DNA from: an uncultured delta proteobacterium
GTDB lineage: Bacteria > Myxococcota > B64-G9
Reading direction: 5' to 3'
Length of the DNA stretch: 64,000 bases
Assembly: GCA_963754925.1 (NCBI GenBank)
Contig: CAVWHX010000004.1
Span: 672,001 to 736,000, forward strand
The position numbers and the translations under genes are program-made. Below the pieces are notes generated by a model. That model was not told the origin of the DNA. It saw nothing but the letters and a program-made list of their open reading frames with translations, and ran no database searches. Below, piece after piece: positions 18,221 to 29,306 of the stretch; the first letter of the stretch is position 1, and the number at the start of each line of letters is the position of its first letter.

Positions 18221-19717
18221 TTACTTCACTTTCGAACCCTCGACCGGGCCTTCTGTTGTCCCGCCCGTCGTCGCCGCCTTCACGTCAGCCTTCGGCTTCG
18301 TTTCAGCCTCCGCCCGCGCTTTCACGTCTGCGTCGGCTTTTGCTTTTTCGTCAGCTTCCGCCTTTGACGTTGCTTCCGCCTCGGTCCGAGCCTTTTCCTC
18401 GGCTTCTGCCTTGGCCTTGGCTTCGGCTTCGGCCTTTTTGCGAACTGCCTCATCCTCGCGTTGCTTGCGACGCAGGTCATCCTTTACCGAGCGCTCGTGC
18501 TTTTTCCGCGCCTCGTCAAGGTAACGACCCAGCCGTTCGCTTTTCCCCATGATTTTTTCAGAGTTTTCTAAATTTTCAACCGCCAGCGCCAGGCGTTGGG
18601 TTTTTTCATAACCAGGAATCTCGTCGTCAAGATACAACAACCCCAGATTGAAGAACGCACGACCTTCGGTGGAACGTAGCATAAGAACGTGCCGATATGC
18701 CTCCTCGGCCTCCTTGAAGGATTTGTCCCCGCGCAACGCGTTGCCCAAATTGAGGTATGCTTCGACAAATTGGGGAGCCAACGCCACGGCTTTCCGGAAT
18801 GCCTCTGCCGCCCCGGCGAAGTCATGCGCCCGCAACAACATCACCCCAAGATTGTTCTGGGACTCCGCTTGATTTGGATCTAATTCTACCGCCTTCTTGA
18901 AGGCCGCGGTCGCCAAAACCATGTCATCCAGGCTCAGATACACAAAACCCAGCCGGTTAGCGATCACCGGGTTACTCTTGTCAAACTCTTGCGCCTTGAC
19001 CAGAATGCGTTCCGCGAGTTCGTTCTTGCCCTGCTCATAATAGACCTGAGCTAAATTAATACGCGCAGAAACGTTGCGTTCATCGATCGACAAGACACCT
19101 TTGGCTTGCTCGGCGGCTTCGTTGAGTCGCTGTGAGGCTATCAACACCACGGTCAGCTGATTGCGTAAACCGAAATCCTTGGGAGCCACGTGTATGGCCG
19201 AGAGGGCCACGGTTTTGGCGTCGTCAAACTGCAGGGAGCGCAGGTACATATTGGAGAGGTTTATCACGCTCGGAGCATGGGCAGGATACATCCCGAGAGC
19301 CTTTTGATAGGCCTTCATGGCATCAACAAACTTACCCTCCGATTCGCGCAACACCCCGAGGTCGTAGAAGCACTGATAACATCGCGAGTCCCTATCAATA
19401 GCCTCGTTGATAAGCTGGTGCGCTTTATCTGGATTGGTTGCAGCAACCTCGGCGGCCGACGCCAAAAGATCTGCGTTCTTCTCCCCCAATGGTCGCTCGG
19501 TCGTGGACGGCGGCTGTTCATTACCGGTGGCATTGTTTCCGATAGTTCTATCTTGCTCCGCCAAGGGAGTAACGGCCGCCGGAGCCTGCCCCTGGCCTTT
19601 AAGAGCTGGCAACGGTTCAACGCGTTGGCCGCTGGTTGCAGCGCATCCTTCCCACAGACCTATCAGGCCGCACAGCAGCATGCTCCGCCAAACGATCATC
19701 TTGATTGAGCACTTCAC
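18221..19717 (-). CDS. TPR protein, probable lipoprotein, GltE/AglT-like, with Ala/Glu/Lys-rich tail
   Basis: GTG 19717 after GGGAG; EGC lipobox-like; many TPRs (AYLNLGNALRG, AFFNLGLLYLD). Confidence 0.8.
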   Translation of the reverse strand: MKCSIKMIVWRSMLLCGLIGLWEGCAATSGQRVEPLPALKGQGQAPAAVTPLAEQDRTIGNNATGNEQPPSTTERPLGEKNADLLASAAEVAATNPDKAHQLINEAIDRDSRCYQCFYDLGVLRESEGKFVDAMKAYQKALGMYPAHAPSVINLSNMYLRSLQFDDAKTVALSAIHVAPKDFGLRNQLTVVLIASQRLNEAAEQAKGVLSIDERNVSARINLAQVYYEQGKNELAERILVKAQEFDKSNPVIANRLGFVYLSLDDMVLATAAFKKAVELDPNQAESQNNLGVMLLRAHDFAGAAEAFRKAVALAPQFVEAYLNLGNALRGDKSFKEAEEAYRHVLMLRSTEGRAFFNLGLLYLDDEIPGYEKTQRLALAVENLENSEKIMGKSERLGRYLDEARKKHERSVKDDLRRKQREDEAVRKKAEAEAKAKAEAEEKARTEAEATSKAEADEKAKADADVKARAEAETKPKADVKAATTGGTTEGPVEGSKVK

Positions 19718-19874
19718 GCAACCACTCCCCACGAATCCTCTCGGTTCACTCGCAACGTGATTCTGCGCGGCCCCGTCAATTGTTGAATGATTATTCCACC
19801 GAACGTCATAGGCCCCTTCTCGCAACGTTAATTCTCATGGATTATAACTCATGGTGAACATCAGGGGTATTTTT

Positions 19875-22800
19875 TTATTTCCCCGCGGGCTTGATGCCGC
19901 TTTCAACCACCTTGAGCATTGGCTGCGCCCCGAATCGATCAACAACGAGCGCCGCTTCCGGCTCCTTCTGCAAAGGATAGGTTAAGGGATCCAGCCGGTT
20001 AAGGCTTTCCATAGTTTTTTGGGTCCATTCGTTGGCGAGCGTAAAGGTCTTGGACTTGGATAGGGTTTCTTCAAATGCCACGATGGCTAGTTTGATCCAC
20101 TTCTCAGCCTCTTCTTGAACCTTGCCTTTGTAAACATCGCATGCCTCGTCATCCAGGCCCTTCGGGCAGGGGGCGCTGATCCAACAGTTGGCGTAGTTTT
20201 CGATCAGGTACCCGAGCCGATAGTACGCCGCTAAACTCCATTGGCCTCGCTTGTAGAGCAAGACCGTCTTGTATTTTTCGGAGAGCTTCTTCAATAAGGC
20301 CTCCTTAGCTTTGACGGTATTGAGAAGCTTCTTCTCGGGCACATCGAACGTGATGCTCTCGTACCCTTTCAACTCTGCTTCGGCAAGGTGGAATGCGGAT
20401 TTAGCGGCACCTTCGGCGGCCAACCCGCCCGCGGTACCGACCGCTAATTTGGATGCATTGAACTGTTTGATGGTCTCCTCGTAGCCCTGCCGTGCCCGAT
20501 TTTGATCTCCGAGTTCCTGATAGGCCTCAGCGATTTTCATCTGGGCCTGGACTATCCGCCCTTTTTCGGAGTCGCTATGACGATACGCTTGAATAAACCG
20601 GGTAAAGACGACGATGACATTTTTCCAGTCTTTGTGGCGTTCGAGCACCAGACCTGCACGGAAGAAATTTTCAGCCGCGTCCGGCCAATCTTTAAAGGTT
20701 GTCGCGTACCGTTCATACTCTTTGGAGGCGCGTTCGTATTGCTGATCGCCCTCCAAATCCACGGCCGCGTTGTAGAGCGCATCCGCTCTAAACTGCGACC
20801 CGGCGTATCCGTCCACGAGTTTGAGATAACTGTCAACGGCCTTCTGGAACTGGAAGCTCGCGTCGGCGCTCTGCGCAACCATGTACAAGGCTTTGTCGGC
20901 GAATTTACTCTTCGGGTATTCCGCCACGATACGTTCAAAGATTTCACCCGCGGCCACGGGACGATTGGACCACGTATAACACACGGCGGCGTTGTTGAGA
21001 GCTGCGTCGGCATCTTTATTGGTAGCCTCATCGCGGACCAAGCGCACGAATTCTTCCGCCGCCGCATCCAGCGCGGCTTCGGCCTCACCCTGCTGGCCCT
21101 TGTCGCGCAGGTCGCTACCGGTCTTCATCAAGCCTTCTGCCTTCTTAAACGCGCCCCGAGCTCGATGCCCTTGAGCTCCTGGCGCTGCTGCGCGTTGCGC
21201 GTGAGCGTGGCCAGCCGCTTGCTCCATTGCTCGACTTGGATCCAATCGTCGGACGCAAGGTAACTCTCAACGATAAGGTTGATGCTTGACGTCAGCACAT
21301 CCTCGTTTTTTGTTTCAGCAACCAATTTTGTCAGGCGCTCGCGCGCTTGATCGAGTTGATCATAGGCATAGAAGATTTGCGCGGCGCGCAATGCCAGGTG
21401 GGGCGTTTGTTCGTCTAAAGGCAACTTCTCGGCGTAGGCGTCCGCGGCTGCCACAAACTTCAGAAGCAACTCGGGTATCGGCCGGGCCTTGAGCTCAAGA
21501 TCTTTGGGCCGAGTGGTTTTGGTGTAGATTTTCAACGGGGGCAGGGCGCCTCCGCTCTCGGCTGCTTTGATTAAATTATTGTAAGAATCCACCACCCCAT
21601 AGGCCGATTCGACCACATGCGAGGTGCCCGCCGCGCTGTCGCGCACCTCGGTATAAACGTCGGCAGCTTTCGCATATTGCTTCGAGTAGTAATAGCACTC
21701 AGCCAGATAAAATGTCCGATCGTAGGCGTTGCGCGTCCCCGGGAAGCGTTTGAGGTAATCGCTGTAGGCATCGGCCGCCAGGGTATACTCACGCAGGGCG
21801 TCGTCGGGGCGATTTTGGCGGTACCGCTGCGCGAGCATGTGATGGCGCACCGCCGCTTCTTCCAAGGCATTCTCGGTGAATTTGTCAGCCTGATGCACGG
21901 CATCGGGGTTCTCTTGATTAGCCTTACGCCAGACCGATTCGGGACCAAAAAGCTTTACCAGTTCCTCGCGCGCCTTGTTGGCGTCGTCGTCCTGGTGCAA
22001 GCGTAAATAGCTGTCAATGACGCTCGTCATCAATGTGGGATTGATCGGATCGGTCGGCGCCATTTTCAGCGCCGCGCGGTTGGCCTCGATCGACTTTTGA
22101 TATTTGGCGTCGATGAAGAATAGCTCACCCAACTTGCGGTAGAACTCACCCTCGTATTTGCGCCCACCAAGCCTCTTGAAAAATAGCTTGGCGTTTTCAA
22201 CTCCCGAGTGGTCCCACGAGTCTTCGGTGAAACTGATCGCGAGATATTGCATAGCCTCGGCGCGAAGCTCCGACTTCGAGACATCGCCTTCCTTCTTTTC
22301 GGCATCTGCGTTGTCTGCCCAAGTGATCAACTGATCAAAACGGTCAACGGCTTCGTCAAAGCGATCGACCTTATAATAGGTCCAGGCCAACTTATAGAGT
22401 GCCTTGTCATACAATGGACTCTTCGGATAGGCCAGTACCTGTTGGTAGGCATTGATAGCTTGGTCGAGCTTGTTTGGGTTTTCGAAATATGACTCACCGA
22501 GGCGAGTCCACACGTCCGGTAGCAGCTTGCTCTTGGGGAAACGATCGACGAATGACACCCATAGGTCCTGGGCTTCGTCAGGTTCACCCTGCTCTTGGAG
22601 ACAATACGCGAGAAGATAATACGCTCCGTCAAGCAAACGATAGGTCGGAAACTCCTGGGTCAAGCGTTGCAACAACGACACCGTCTTCTCATAGTGATAG
22701 TCCGGAGGGGTGGGCTCGACCTTACGCACGCCGCTGCTAAACTCTTTAAGTGCCTTTTGAAAGGCAGCATTATCCGCCGTATATTCCAGCTCTGACTTTT

Positions 22801-23275
22801 CGAAATACAAATCAGCCAGGCGCCATAACGCGGACGGCGTATAGTTGGTCTCATAGGGGTACTTTTCAAGAAACTTTTCATAAATCTCAATTGCTTCTCT
22901 TCGGCGTTCGTCGACATCCTTCTCCAATCCGGTAATACTGCTCTCAAATGAGCGCATGACCGAATTACGCTGTTCGTTATACTTGCGCTCGATGAATTGC
23001 TGAACCTCTTTTTTGTATTCCTTGCTTTGTTCCTCGAAGTCCTGCACTACCGATTGCATTTCCTTAAGCTCGCGCTCTTCGGGCGTTTGAACATGAGGTT
23101 TGGCCTCCGGCTGCGGCGCGGACGGCGGCTGTGCCACCGCAGATTCGGGAGAGGCCTGGTTCGACGGTGAGGAAGGAAGCGCATCCCCGGCGCCAAAGGA
23201 AGTCGCCGACAGGGCGACCGTTGCCGCAATCCAGAGAGCCGCCGCAGGTAGCTTATTGGACTTCCTGTAAGACAC
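19875..23275 (-). CDS. Large TPR protein, GltD/AgmU-like; split by a 1-bp indel at ~21148
   Basis: ORFs 21128..23290 and 19875..21245 join (GIELGARFKKAEG) if one T is added; YDKALYKLAWTYY, LRAEAMQYLAISF, APCPKGLDDEACDVY. Confidence 0.8.
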
Positions 23276-25754
23276 TATTATACTCCTCACGCAGTCGTCT
23301 ATTTTCGGCCGACTGTTGCTTGCTCAGCTCCTCAATCTTTTGGTTTTTCTCTCGCTTCCGGCTCCAGGCCACATCCAGCAGACCTACATCTGCCTCAAGC
23401 ACTAACTGGTAGAATTTTTGGCGCACATCCTGGAGCACGCGGAACGTCACCTCACCCGCCAAGTTTTTGCTTTCGCCCTCAAGTTTAGCCAGCGCTTTCT
23501 CGAACTGCGTGAGGTTGTTTTCCTCTTGTTGAACTCGCTTCTCATGTTCACCCGATCGCTCGGCCACCCGTTCTTCAAGTTTGCGCTGTATAACCTGGAG
23601 TTTCTGCTGTAGTCGGTCGCTGCGTAACCGCAGATCGTCGATGCGCGCAACTTGGGCTGCACCTTGCGGCCCTAAACGACTACGAATTTGCTCGGCGAGA
23701 TTGCGCTCCTTTTCTAAGGCTTCGGTATAGTTCCAACGGATTTGACCCTCACGGGAGATAGCCTCGCTGTCGAGTCCGGCACGTGTCTTCTCGGTGGAGA
23801 GCTGATTGCCGAGTGTGTCAAGTTCGGATTGCAACTGGTTGGCTATGGCCCAGCCACTCCGGAGCTCCTCGCGGAAGTCGCGCACGGCGTCCTCGCGCCC
23901 AACCAATTCATGTTCGTGCGCCTGGATCCATTCCTCCATGGCGCTGAGTTGCGCTTTCATGCCCTTCAGCCCGACACCGGAATCATACACCGACTGCTGA
24001 AGCAATTCGATGCGCTGCCTAATCCGCTCGTCGCGGTTTTGAGAATCTTTGGGGGTCGTTGGCAGGTTCTTAATGGCCTGCTCGAGGTCCTCGCGCTCCT
24101 TGCGGGCCTGGGTGAATTTTTGGCGCTCAGCCTCTGAAAGTTTCTCGTTGATAATCCGCTCTTCCAAAAAGGTAAAGCTGCGTTCGAGGAGCACGCGCGC
24201 GTTCTCAACCTCGATCGTGTGCACGGCGCCCTCGCGCAAGGCTGGGAATAAACTGATGCGATCGGTAGCGTTCTGGAGTAGTTCTTTAATCTTCGCCAAC
24301 AACGATCGGGACTCGGCCACATAGGTGCGACCGGCATCAATATCTTTCATGACCCCCAACGCCACCTTGATGTCGTCTTGGTTGGTCATCCATTTTACCG
24401 CGAGCGGGGGAAGATACGTTGCAAGGTCGAAAGAGTCGAGGTTTTTGCCGGCAACCTCGTTAAAGTAACGCACCGGATCGGCATGTTGCACAACCAACTG
24501 ATCCAGGTCTTGCTTCACCGTTGAGTAGGTCTGGCCTACTTCAGTGTATGCTTTGCTGGCCTCTTCAAATTTGCCGGTTTTCTCGAGTATATGGGCGCGG
24601 AGTAAGGCAGCCTTTGGCACCAGGGTGCTGTTTGGGGTGGAGACCTCAAGAATTTCAAGGGTGCGAAAGGCCTTCTCAAACCACATGTTCTGGTCTTCGG
24701 GCTTCTCGGAACGCTCTGCCCATTGAATATATGTCCAACAAATTTCGAATAATGCGTCGTCGAAATAGGGCGAGTTGTGATCAATAGATTGAAAGGCGTC
24801 AATCGCCTCGGCCTCGCGATCAAGATCGTGTAACAACCGGCCTCGGGCCAGGTGGGCGAGCTCCCAAATATCTTTTTCTTGAGTAGTACGAGGAGGTTCG
24901 GCTATCAGCGCAGTAAAAAGATTGAAGGCTTCTTCTAATTTTCCCTGACGGACCTTCAGCACTCCTAAATAATAGCGAGCTTGGAAGAAAAAATGTTGTC
25001 CTGGCCGAAGAGTCGCAAACACCAAGGCTGCTTCGCTCGTACGGTTCCTTAAGAATAGGGTTTTCCCCCAGAGGTATTCGGATTCGGGGGTCATCGTCGA
25101 AGACTCTCGGACAAGTCGGTTGTGGATTTCATCGACCTGTTGAAAATCATTGGTATTGAGCGCGATTTGCATCAGTCGCGCCAGGGATACATCGCGGTAG
25201 GGCCGGGCGTTAGGGTCCTCGGTTACCAGCCGATAGTACTGGCGGGCTTCTATATAATTCCGACTATAAAAGAGTGCCTCGGCCAGATTAAATAAGGCTT
25301 CAGGATAATTCGGTCGGTTGCGATTACGCTGATTGTCGACGAGGTCATAAAACACTACGGCGGCTCGCAAGTAATCCTTGAGAATCATCAAAGATTGACC
25401 ATCGGTCAGGCGCGATTCAAAATCTCCTTCAATTGAGGACTTTTCATCAAAGTTAATATACTCCTGCTCGATTAAGGAGGCCTTGTCCTCGAGTAATCGC
25501 ATTTCCTTTTCGGCTGAAATAAGCTCTTCATCGAGAGCGGCACGGGCCTGCCCGGTAACGCCTAAAAGCACAAGCAAGCCCACGACCGAAGCTTTCCACC
25601 ACGCACCATAGGCTCGGCCAGCCCCTGTCAGGGACAAGAGGCTGTCCCGAGGATAAGAGATTGTAAGCCTCGCTTCGCTCGGCAACACTCTCTTATACGC
25701 CTCGCTTCGCTCGCTACAGTCTCTAAGACTTTGATTCGAATCTTTACACCTCAC
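23253..25754 (-). CDS. Secreted TPR/coiled-coil protein of the Glt-like cluster
   Basis: 833 aa; hydrophobic signal-like segment VVGLLVLLGV; TPRs; C-terminal FYQLVLEADVGLLDVAWSRK; start uncertain (GTG overlapping the upstream TGA). Confidence 0.75.
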   Translation of the reverse strand: MRCKDSNQSLRDCSERSEAYKRVLPSEARLTISYPRDSLLSLTGAGRAYGAWWKASVVGLLVLLGVTGQARAALDEELISAEKEMRLLEDKASLIEQEYINFDEKSSIEGDFESRLTDGQSLMILKDYLRAAVVFYDLVDNQRNRNRPNYPEALFNLAEALFYSRNYIEARQYYRLVTEDPNARPYRDVSLARLMQIALNTNDFQQVDEIHNRLVRESSTMTPESEYLWGKTLFLRNRTSEAALVFATLRPGQHFFFQARYYLGVLKVRQGKLEEAFNLFTALIAEPPRTTQEKDIWELAHLARGRLLHDLDREAEAIDAFQSIDHNSPYFDDALFEICWTYIQWAERSEKPEDQNMWFEKAFRTLEILEVSTPNSTLVPKAALLRAHILEKTGKFEEASKAYTEVGQTYSTVKQDLDQLVVQHADPVRYFNEVAGKNLDSFDLATYLPPLAVKWMTNQDDIKVALGVMKDIDAGRTYVAESRSLLAKIKELLQNATDRISLFPALREGAVHTIEVENARVLLERSFTFLEERIINEKLSEAERQKFTQARKEREDLEQAIKNLPTTPKDSQNRDERIRQRIELLQQSVYDSGVGLKGMKAQLSAMEEWIQAHEHELVGREDAVRDFREELRSGWAIANQLQSELDTLGNQLSTEKTRAGLDSEAISREGQIRWNYTEALEKERNLAEQIRSRLGPQGAAQVARIDDLRLRSDRLQQKLQVIQRKLEERVAERSGEHEKRVQQEENNLTQFEKALAKLEGESKNLAGEVTFRVLQDVRQKFYQLVLEADVGLLDVAWSRKREKNQKIEELSKQQSAENRRLREEYNSVLQEVQ
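25630..25726. repeat. GCGAAGC-type palindromic repeat, same family as 35560-35831
   Basis: GGACAAGAGGCTGTCCCGAGGATAAGAGATTGTAAGCCTCGCTTCGCTCGGCAACACTCTCTTA aligns with the reverse complement of ~35767-35830. Confidence 0.75.
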
Positions 25755-26594
25755 CCGGGCTCCTGCGTTTTGGCAGACTCCGGAGTTTTGCCGGGCTCTG
25801 CAGAGTTTTCGGAATCTTGCGATTTCTCTTGCAGCGATTTTGCACGTTCTGGGGTGAGTTTTTGGATTTGAATATCGTATCTGACAGCCGGGCGGTCTTC
25901 GAGAGAAACGGTGATCCCCCCACGTTCAAATCCAACAATTTTCACTATGATAATCTTGCCTTCCTCGGCGGTGAAATTATAGCTGGAGGTCACCTTGATC
26001 TTATATCCCTTCATATATGAAAAGAAAACCATAACCCCGGCCCTGGAAAATCATTTGGACGGCAATGTTATGATTCCCCGGCACAATGTTTCCCGAGTAG
26101 ATTTGTTTTTCATCAATTTTATCGAGATCGCCATCCACATCAACCTTATTAAAGATCGGAGCGGTATCGAGCGCATACTGTACCGATAGCAGCTTGAAGG
26201 CCCCACCCATTTCGTTGCGATGAATCAGCACTGCCCGGGCACCCATGCCGATCGAGCCGCTCACCACCGTCTCCTGCAATTGCAGGATGCGAGCTTTAGT
26301 CCTAAAAATCTTCTCCTTAAGCTGGTTAACTCTTTCCTCTAAACCACGGAGCTTGAGTTCGTATGCCTGGTCGGCGGTGCTCGGAGGGGCAGGTGACTTA
26401 GTTTCGGCTGGCGTCGTGGCCGGACTTCCGGAGGGTGCCGCTTTCGGCACAGAAGTCGATTCTCCCCCGGATGGTGTCTCTTCTCCTTGGGGAGCAGGCG
26501 CCGGCGCAACCGATGGTTGTTGCGCTGCGGCCGAAAACGCAACAATACCTACCAACGTAAAAAACAAGCATTCTCGTCTGTGACATTTTCTCAT
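25751..26594 (-). CDS. Secreted hypothetical protein downstream of mglA; split by a 1-bp indel at ~26026
   Basis: ORFs 26001..26669 and 25751..26032 join as GRGYGFFSYMKGYKIKVTSS; signal peptide, P/A-rich linker, LEERVNQLKEKIFRTKARI. Confidence 0.75.
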
Positions 26595-26686
26595 CTGGCG
26601 GCCTCCCCGCCGTAACTGAAACATTCGGCTTAAAAACCCCGGTATAATTTTATTCGGAGCGACACTCAAGTAATTTACCCGTTATT

Positions 26687-26716
26687 CTTGTTATAACAAG
26701 TTTCTTTTTCAGTCAA
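26687..26716 (-). promoter_or_regulatory. Putative promoter with an overlapping 14-bp palindrome
   Basis: Minus-strand TTGACT at 26716-26711; perfect palindrome CTTGTTATAACAAG at 26687-26700 over the -10 region. Confidence 0.45.
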
Positions 26717-26819
26717 CGCTTTTTTTCCTGGCTGTAACCTTACAATATCACCACCCGCCAGAAATGTTATTCGAAAAGTACTGCGAATAATTGCGGATAA
26801 AAAAACCTCCGCTCCTCGA

Positions 26820-27407
26820 CTAGCGACCCTTGCGTAACTCCTGGAGAACCAATTTGGCGATAGCCTTGAGAGTATCAAAGACCCCCCAACCGGTCGATGC
26901 GATGGCTTGAAATTCTGAGATTCCCTCGGCATTGAGCAGCCGATGGAGTTCTTCGACAGTGGCGACATTGGGGAGATCTCGTTTATTGAACTGCATCACA
27001 TAGGGAACCGTCTTGAGATCATATCCTTGCTCGGCCAAATTTACCCGAAGGTTTTCCATACTCTCGAGGTTGGCTTCCATACGCTCGATCTGTGAATCAG
27101 CGACGAACACCACCCCATCGACCCCTTTGAGAATAAGCTTGCGGCTGGCGTCGTAGAATACCTGACCAGGGACCGTATAGAGGTGGAATCGAGTCTTGAA
27201 CCCTCGAATCTCACCCAGGCTCAGGGGGAGGAAGTCAAAGAACAACGTGCGTTCGGTCTCGGTGGCCAATGAGATCATCTTACCCTTGGCCTCGGGATTG
27301 GTCTTACTATAGATGTATTGGAGGTTCGTGGTTTTCCCGCATAAGCCGGGCCCGTAATAGACTATTTTACAATTGATCTCGCGTGAGGAGTAGTTAATAA
27401 AGGACAT
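26820..27407 (-). CDS. mglA: Ras-like polarity GTPase MglA
   Basis: [33 protein letters not shown]...[12 protein letters not shown]...TVPGQVFY. Confidence 0.98.
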   Translation of the reverse strand: MSFINYSSREINCKIVYYGPGLCGKTTNLQYIYSKTNPEAKGKMISLATETERTLFFDFLPLSLGEIRGFKTRFHLYTVPGQVFYDASRKLILKGVDGVVFVADSQIERMEANLESMENLRVNLAEQGYDLKTVPYVMQFNKRDLPNVATVEELHRLLNAEGISEFQAIASTGWGVFDTLKAIAKLVLQELRKGR

Positions 27408-27525
27408 ATCAGCCCTCTGTTACTCGCGGGTATTCTGTATGGTTATGACCTGCTTTGGTACCGTGACAATTTTCGATATTCATGCCGGTCAAACACCAGT
27501 GTTATGCCCCACCAGCAGTGGGGAG

Positions 27526-28008
27526 CTAGTCACTAAAAAGATTATCGATGTCCTCGTCTGTGATCTCCGCAAACGGAGAGCCTGCCCGAGGATCTTCTAT
27601 TTTACGTAGCAATCCTTCAAAGATTCCCGCCAATTCATTCGTTGCTTTCTTAACCCGCAACCGCACCAGGCCTAACGAGGACCGGTTATCGAAGATGACC
27701 ACGAGAATAACCCGACTCGCCACAATTGAGATGTGGAGGTTATCGCGCTCGCCCTCGTGAAAGAGGATCGAGAACTCTTTTTCACCAATCAGTTTGGCCA
27801 ACCCGCCCGTGGCTGCAATGTTGCCGGCGGTCAATGAGGCGAGCGAGGTCGTGTCAAGATGCTCCGTTTGGCCGGCGCTGGCGATCAGCTGACCGTTTTT
27901 ATCGACTAAAAATACGACCTTTGCATTAGACTCACGACAGAGTCGGTCGCAGATGGCGGTGATCTGGTTGAACTCCGCTTCGTACATTACCATCTGAGGA
28001 CTGACCAT
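27526..28008 (-). CDS. mglB: Roadblock/LC7 GAP MglB
   Basis: FLVDKNGQLIAS...SLASLTAGNIAATGGLA...SSLGLVRLRVKK...FAEITDEDIDNLFS. Confidence 0.97.
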   Translation of the reverse strand: MVSPQMVMYEAEFNQITAICDRLCRESNAKVVFLVDKNGQLIASAGQTEHLDTTSLASLTAGNIAATGGLAKLIGEKEFSILFHEGERDNLHISIVASRVILVVIFDNRSSLGLVRLRVKKATNELAGIFEGLLRKIEDPRAGSPFAEITDEDIDNLFSD

Positions 28009-28393
28009 AAATCCCCTCCTCCGATCCGGCCCACTCTCACCACCAGGAGCTGCGATTTGCAAGAGATTGTAGTAAACAAAGCGTTGCGTACAAACTCTTG
28101 TTCCTGAGGGCTTGTCAATCTCAATTGCAGCTTATTCGCCACACTGGTGGAACTTTTCTAATACCACCAAGAGTTTTTTAGCGAACCGCTGTCGGAATAT
28201 AGCCCTGGGTCTCGCGAGGTGTCAAGGATTTATCATGCCGAAATATCCTTGCCGTTCGTTCGGTTTTCACCATTTCTCTCAGATGTTAGGTCTCTTTTAT
28301 CCCCATATTCTGTTTTGCTTGACATGGTTTGTTGGGGACTGTATGGAAGATCGATCTTTGGCATTGGGTTTCTCAACTGGTATGGAGGCAACG

Positions 28394-28948
28394 ATGTTTG
28401 AGGTCAGGTTTCATGGACGCGGAGGCCAGGGTGCCGTCACCTCTGCAGAGCTTCTGGCCATATCCGCCATCGCCGAGGGTAAGAGCGCCCAAGCTTTTCC
28501 AAGTTTCGGACCGGAGCGCCGCGGCGCACCGGTAATAGCTTTTGCGCGAGTTTCAGATCACCAGATCCGCAACCGCACCGCCATTCAGGAACCCAACGTG
28601 GTGGTGGTGCTCGATCCGTCGCTTCTGCGTCTCGTCAAGGTCGACCAAGGACTGCAAAACGGCGGCGTCATCGTGCTCAATACCGCCAAGCCCGCCGGTG
28701 AGATCCGCAAAACCTTTAGCCTGTCCGCTAAACTTGCCGTGGTTGACGCCAATCGTATCGCCCGCGAAGAGATTGGGCGCGTGATCACCAACACCACCAT
28801 GCTCGGCGCCATGCTGGCGGCCGTCCCGATGGTGACGGTTGCGGAAATCGAACAGGCGCTGAGTAATCGTTTCGGCCGTATCGCCGATAAAAACATCGCC
28901 GCTTTCAGGCGCGCACTGCGCGAGTGCGTCATCTCTGACGTGACCTAA
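28394..28948 (+). CDS. Pyruvate/2-oxoacid:ferredoxin oxidoreductase gamma subunit
   Basis: MFEVRFHGRGGQGAVT...FPSFGPERRGAPV; start at 28394 after GGAGG. Confidence 0.95.
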   Translation: MFEVRFHGRGGQGAVTSAELLAISAIAEGKSAQAFPSFGPERRGAPVIAFARVSDHQIRNRTAIQEPNVVVVLDPSLLRLVKVDQGLQNGGVIVLNTAKPAGEIRKTFSLSAKLAVVDANRIAREEIGRVITNTTMLGAMLAAVPMVTVAEIEQALSNRFGRIADKNIAAFRRALRECVISDVT

Positions 28949-29006
28949 GAGTGACATTAAAGGGTATCAACCATGATCTATTCATCAGCAGCGCGGAGGT
29001 GAATAT

Positions 29007-29306
29007 ATGGCCCCCCAAAGTGCCCGACCCCGATGGAATGAGTTAGCGGTTGGCTCTGCCATCGTCGAACCCGGCAGCGCCCGGGCCAACCGCACCGGGG
29101 ATTGGCGTTCGTCCCGTCCGGTTTGGAAGCATGAACAGTGCATACGCTGCGGCGTCTGCGTCATTTCGTGCCCCGAGGGTTGCATCCACTTCGACCTCGA
29201 AATCAAAGACTACCCTAACGCGGATCTCAACTATTGCAAGGGCTGCGGTATCTGTGTACACGAGTGCCCGACCGCCTGTATCCGCATGATCGACGAGGAG
29301 GAGTAA
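29007..29306 (+). CDS. 2-oxoacid:ferredoxin oxidoreductase delta subunit (2x[4Fe-4S])
   Basis: TGDWRS.RP, CIRCGVCVISCP, YCKGCGICVHECP. Confidence 0.95.
   Translation: MAPQSARPRWNELAVGSAIVEPGSARANRTGDWRSSRPVWKHEQCIRCGVCVISCPEGCIHFDLEIKDYPNADLNYCKGCGICVHECPTACIRMIDEEE

Noticed and set aside
19749..19835. Short direct repeat CTCGCAACGT(G/T)A at 19749 and 19819
   Set aside because: Only two short copies 70 bp apart; no supportable function
21128..21245. Programmed ribosomal frameshift in the GltD-like gene
   Set aside because: No slippery heptamer; similar homopolymer indels recur elsewhere, so sequencing error is more parsimonious
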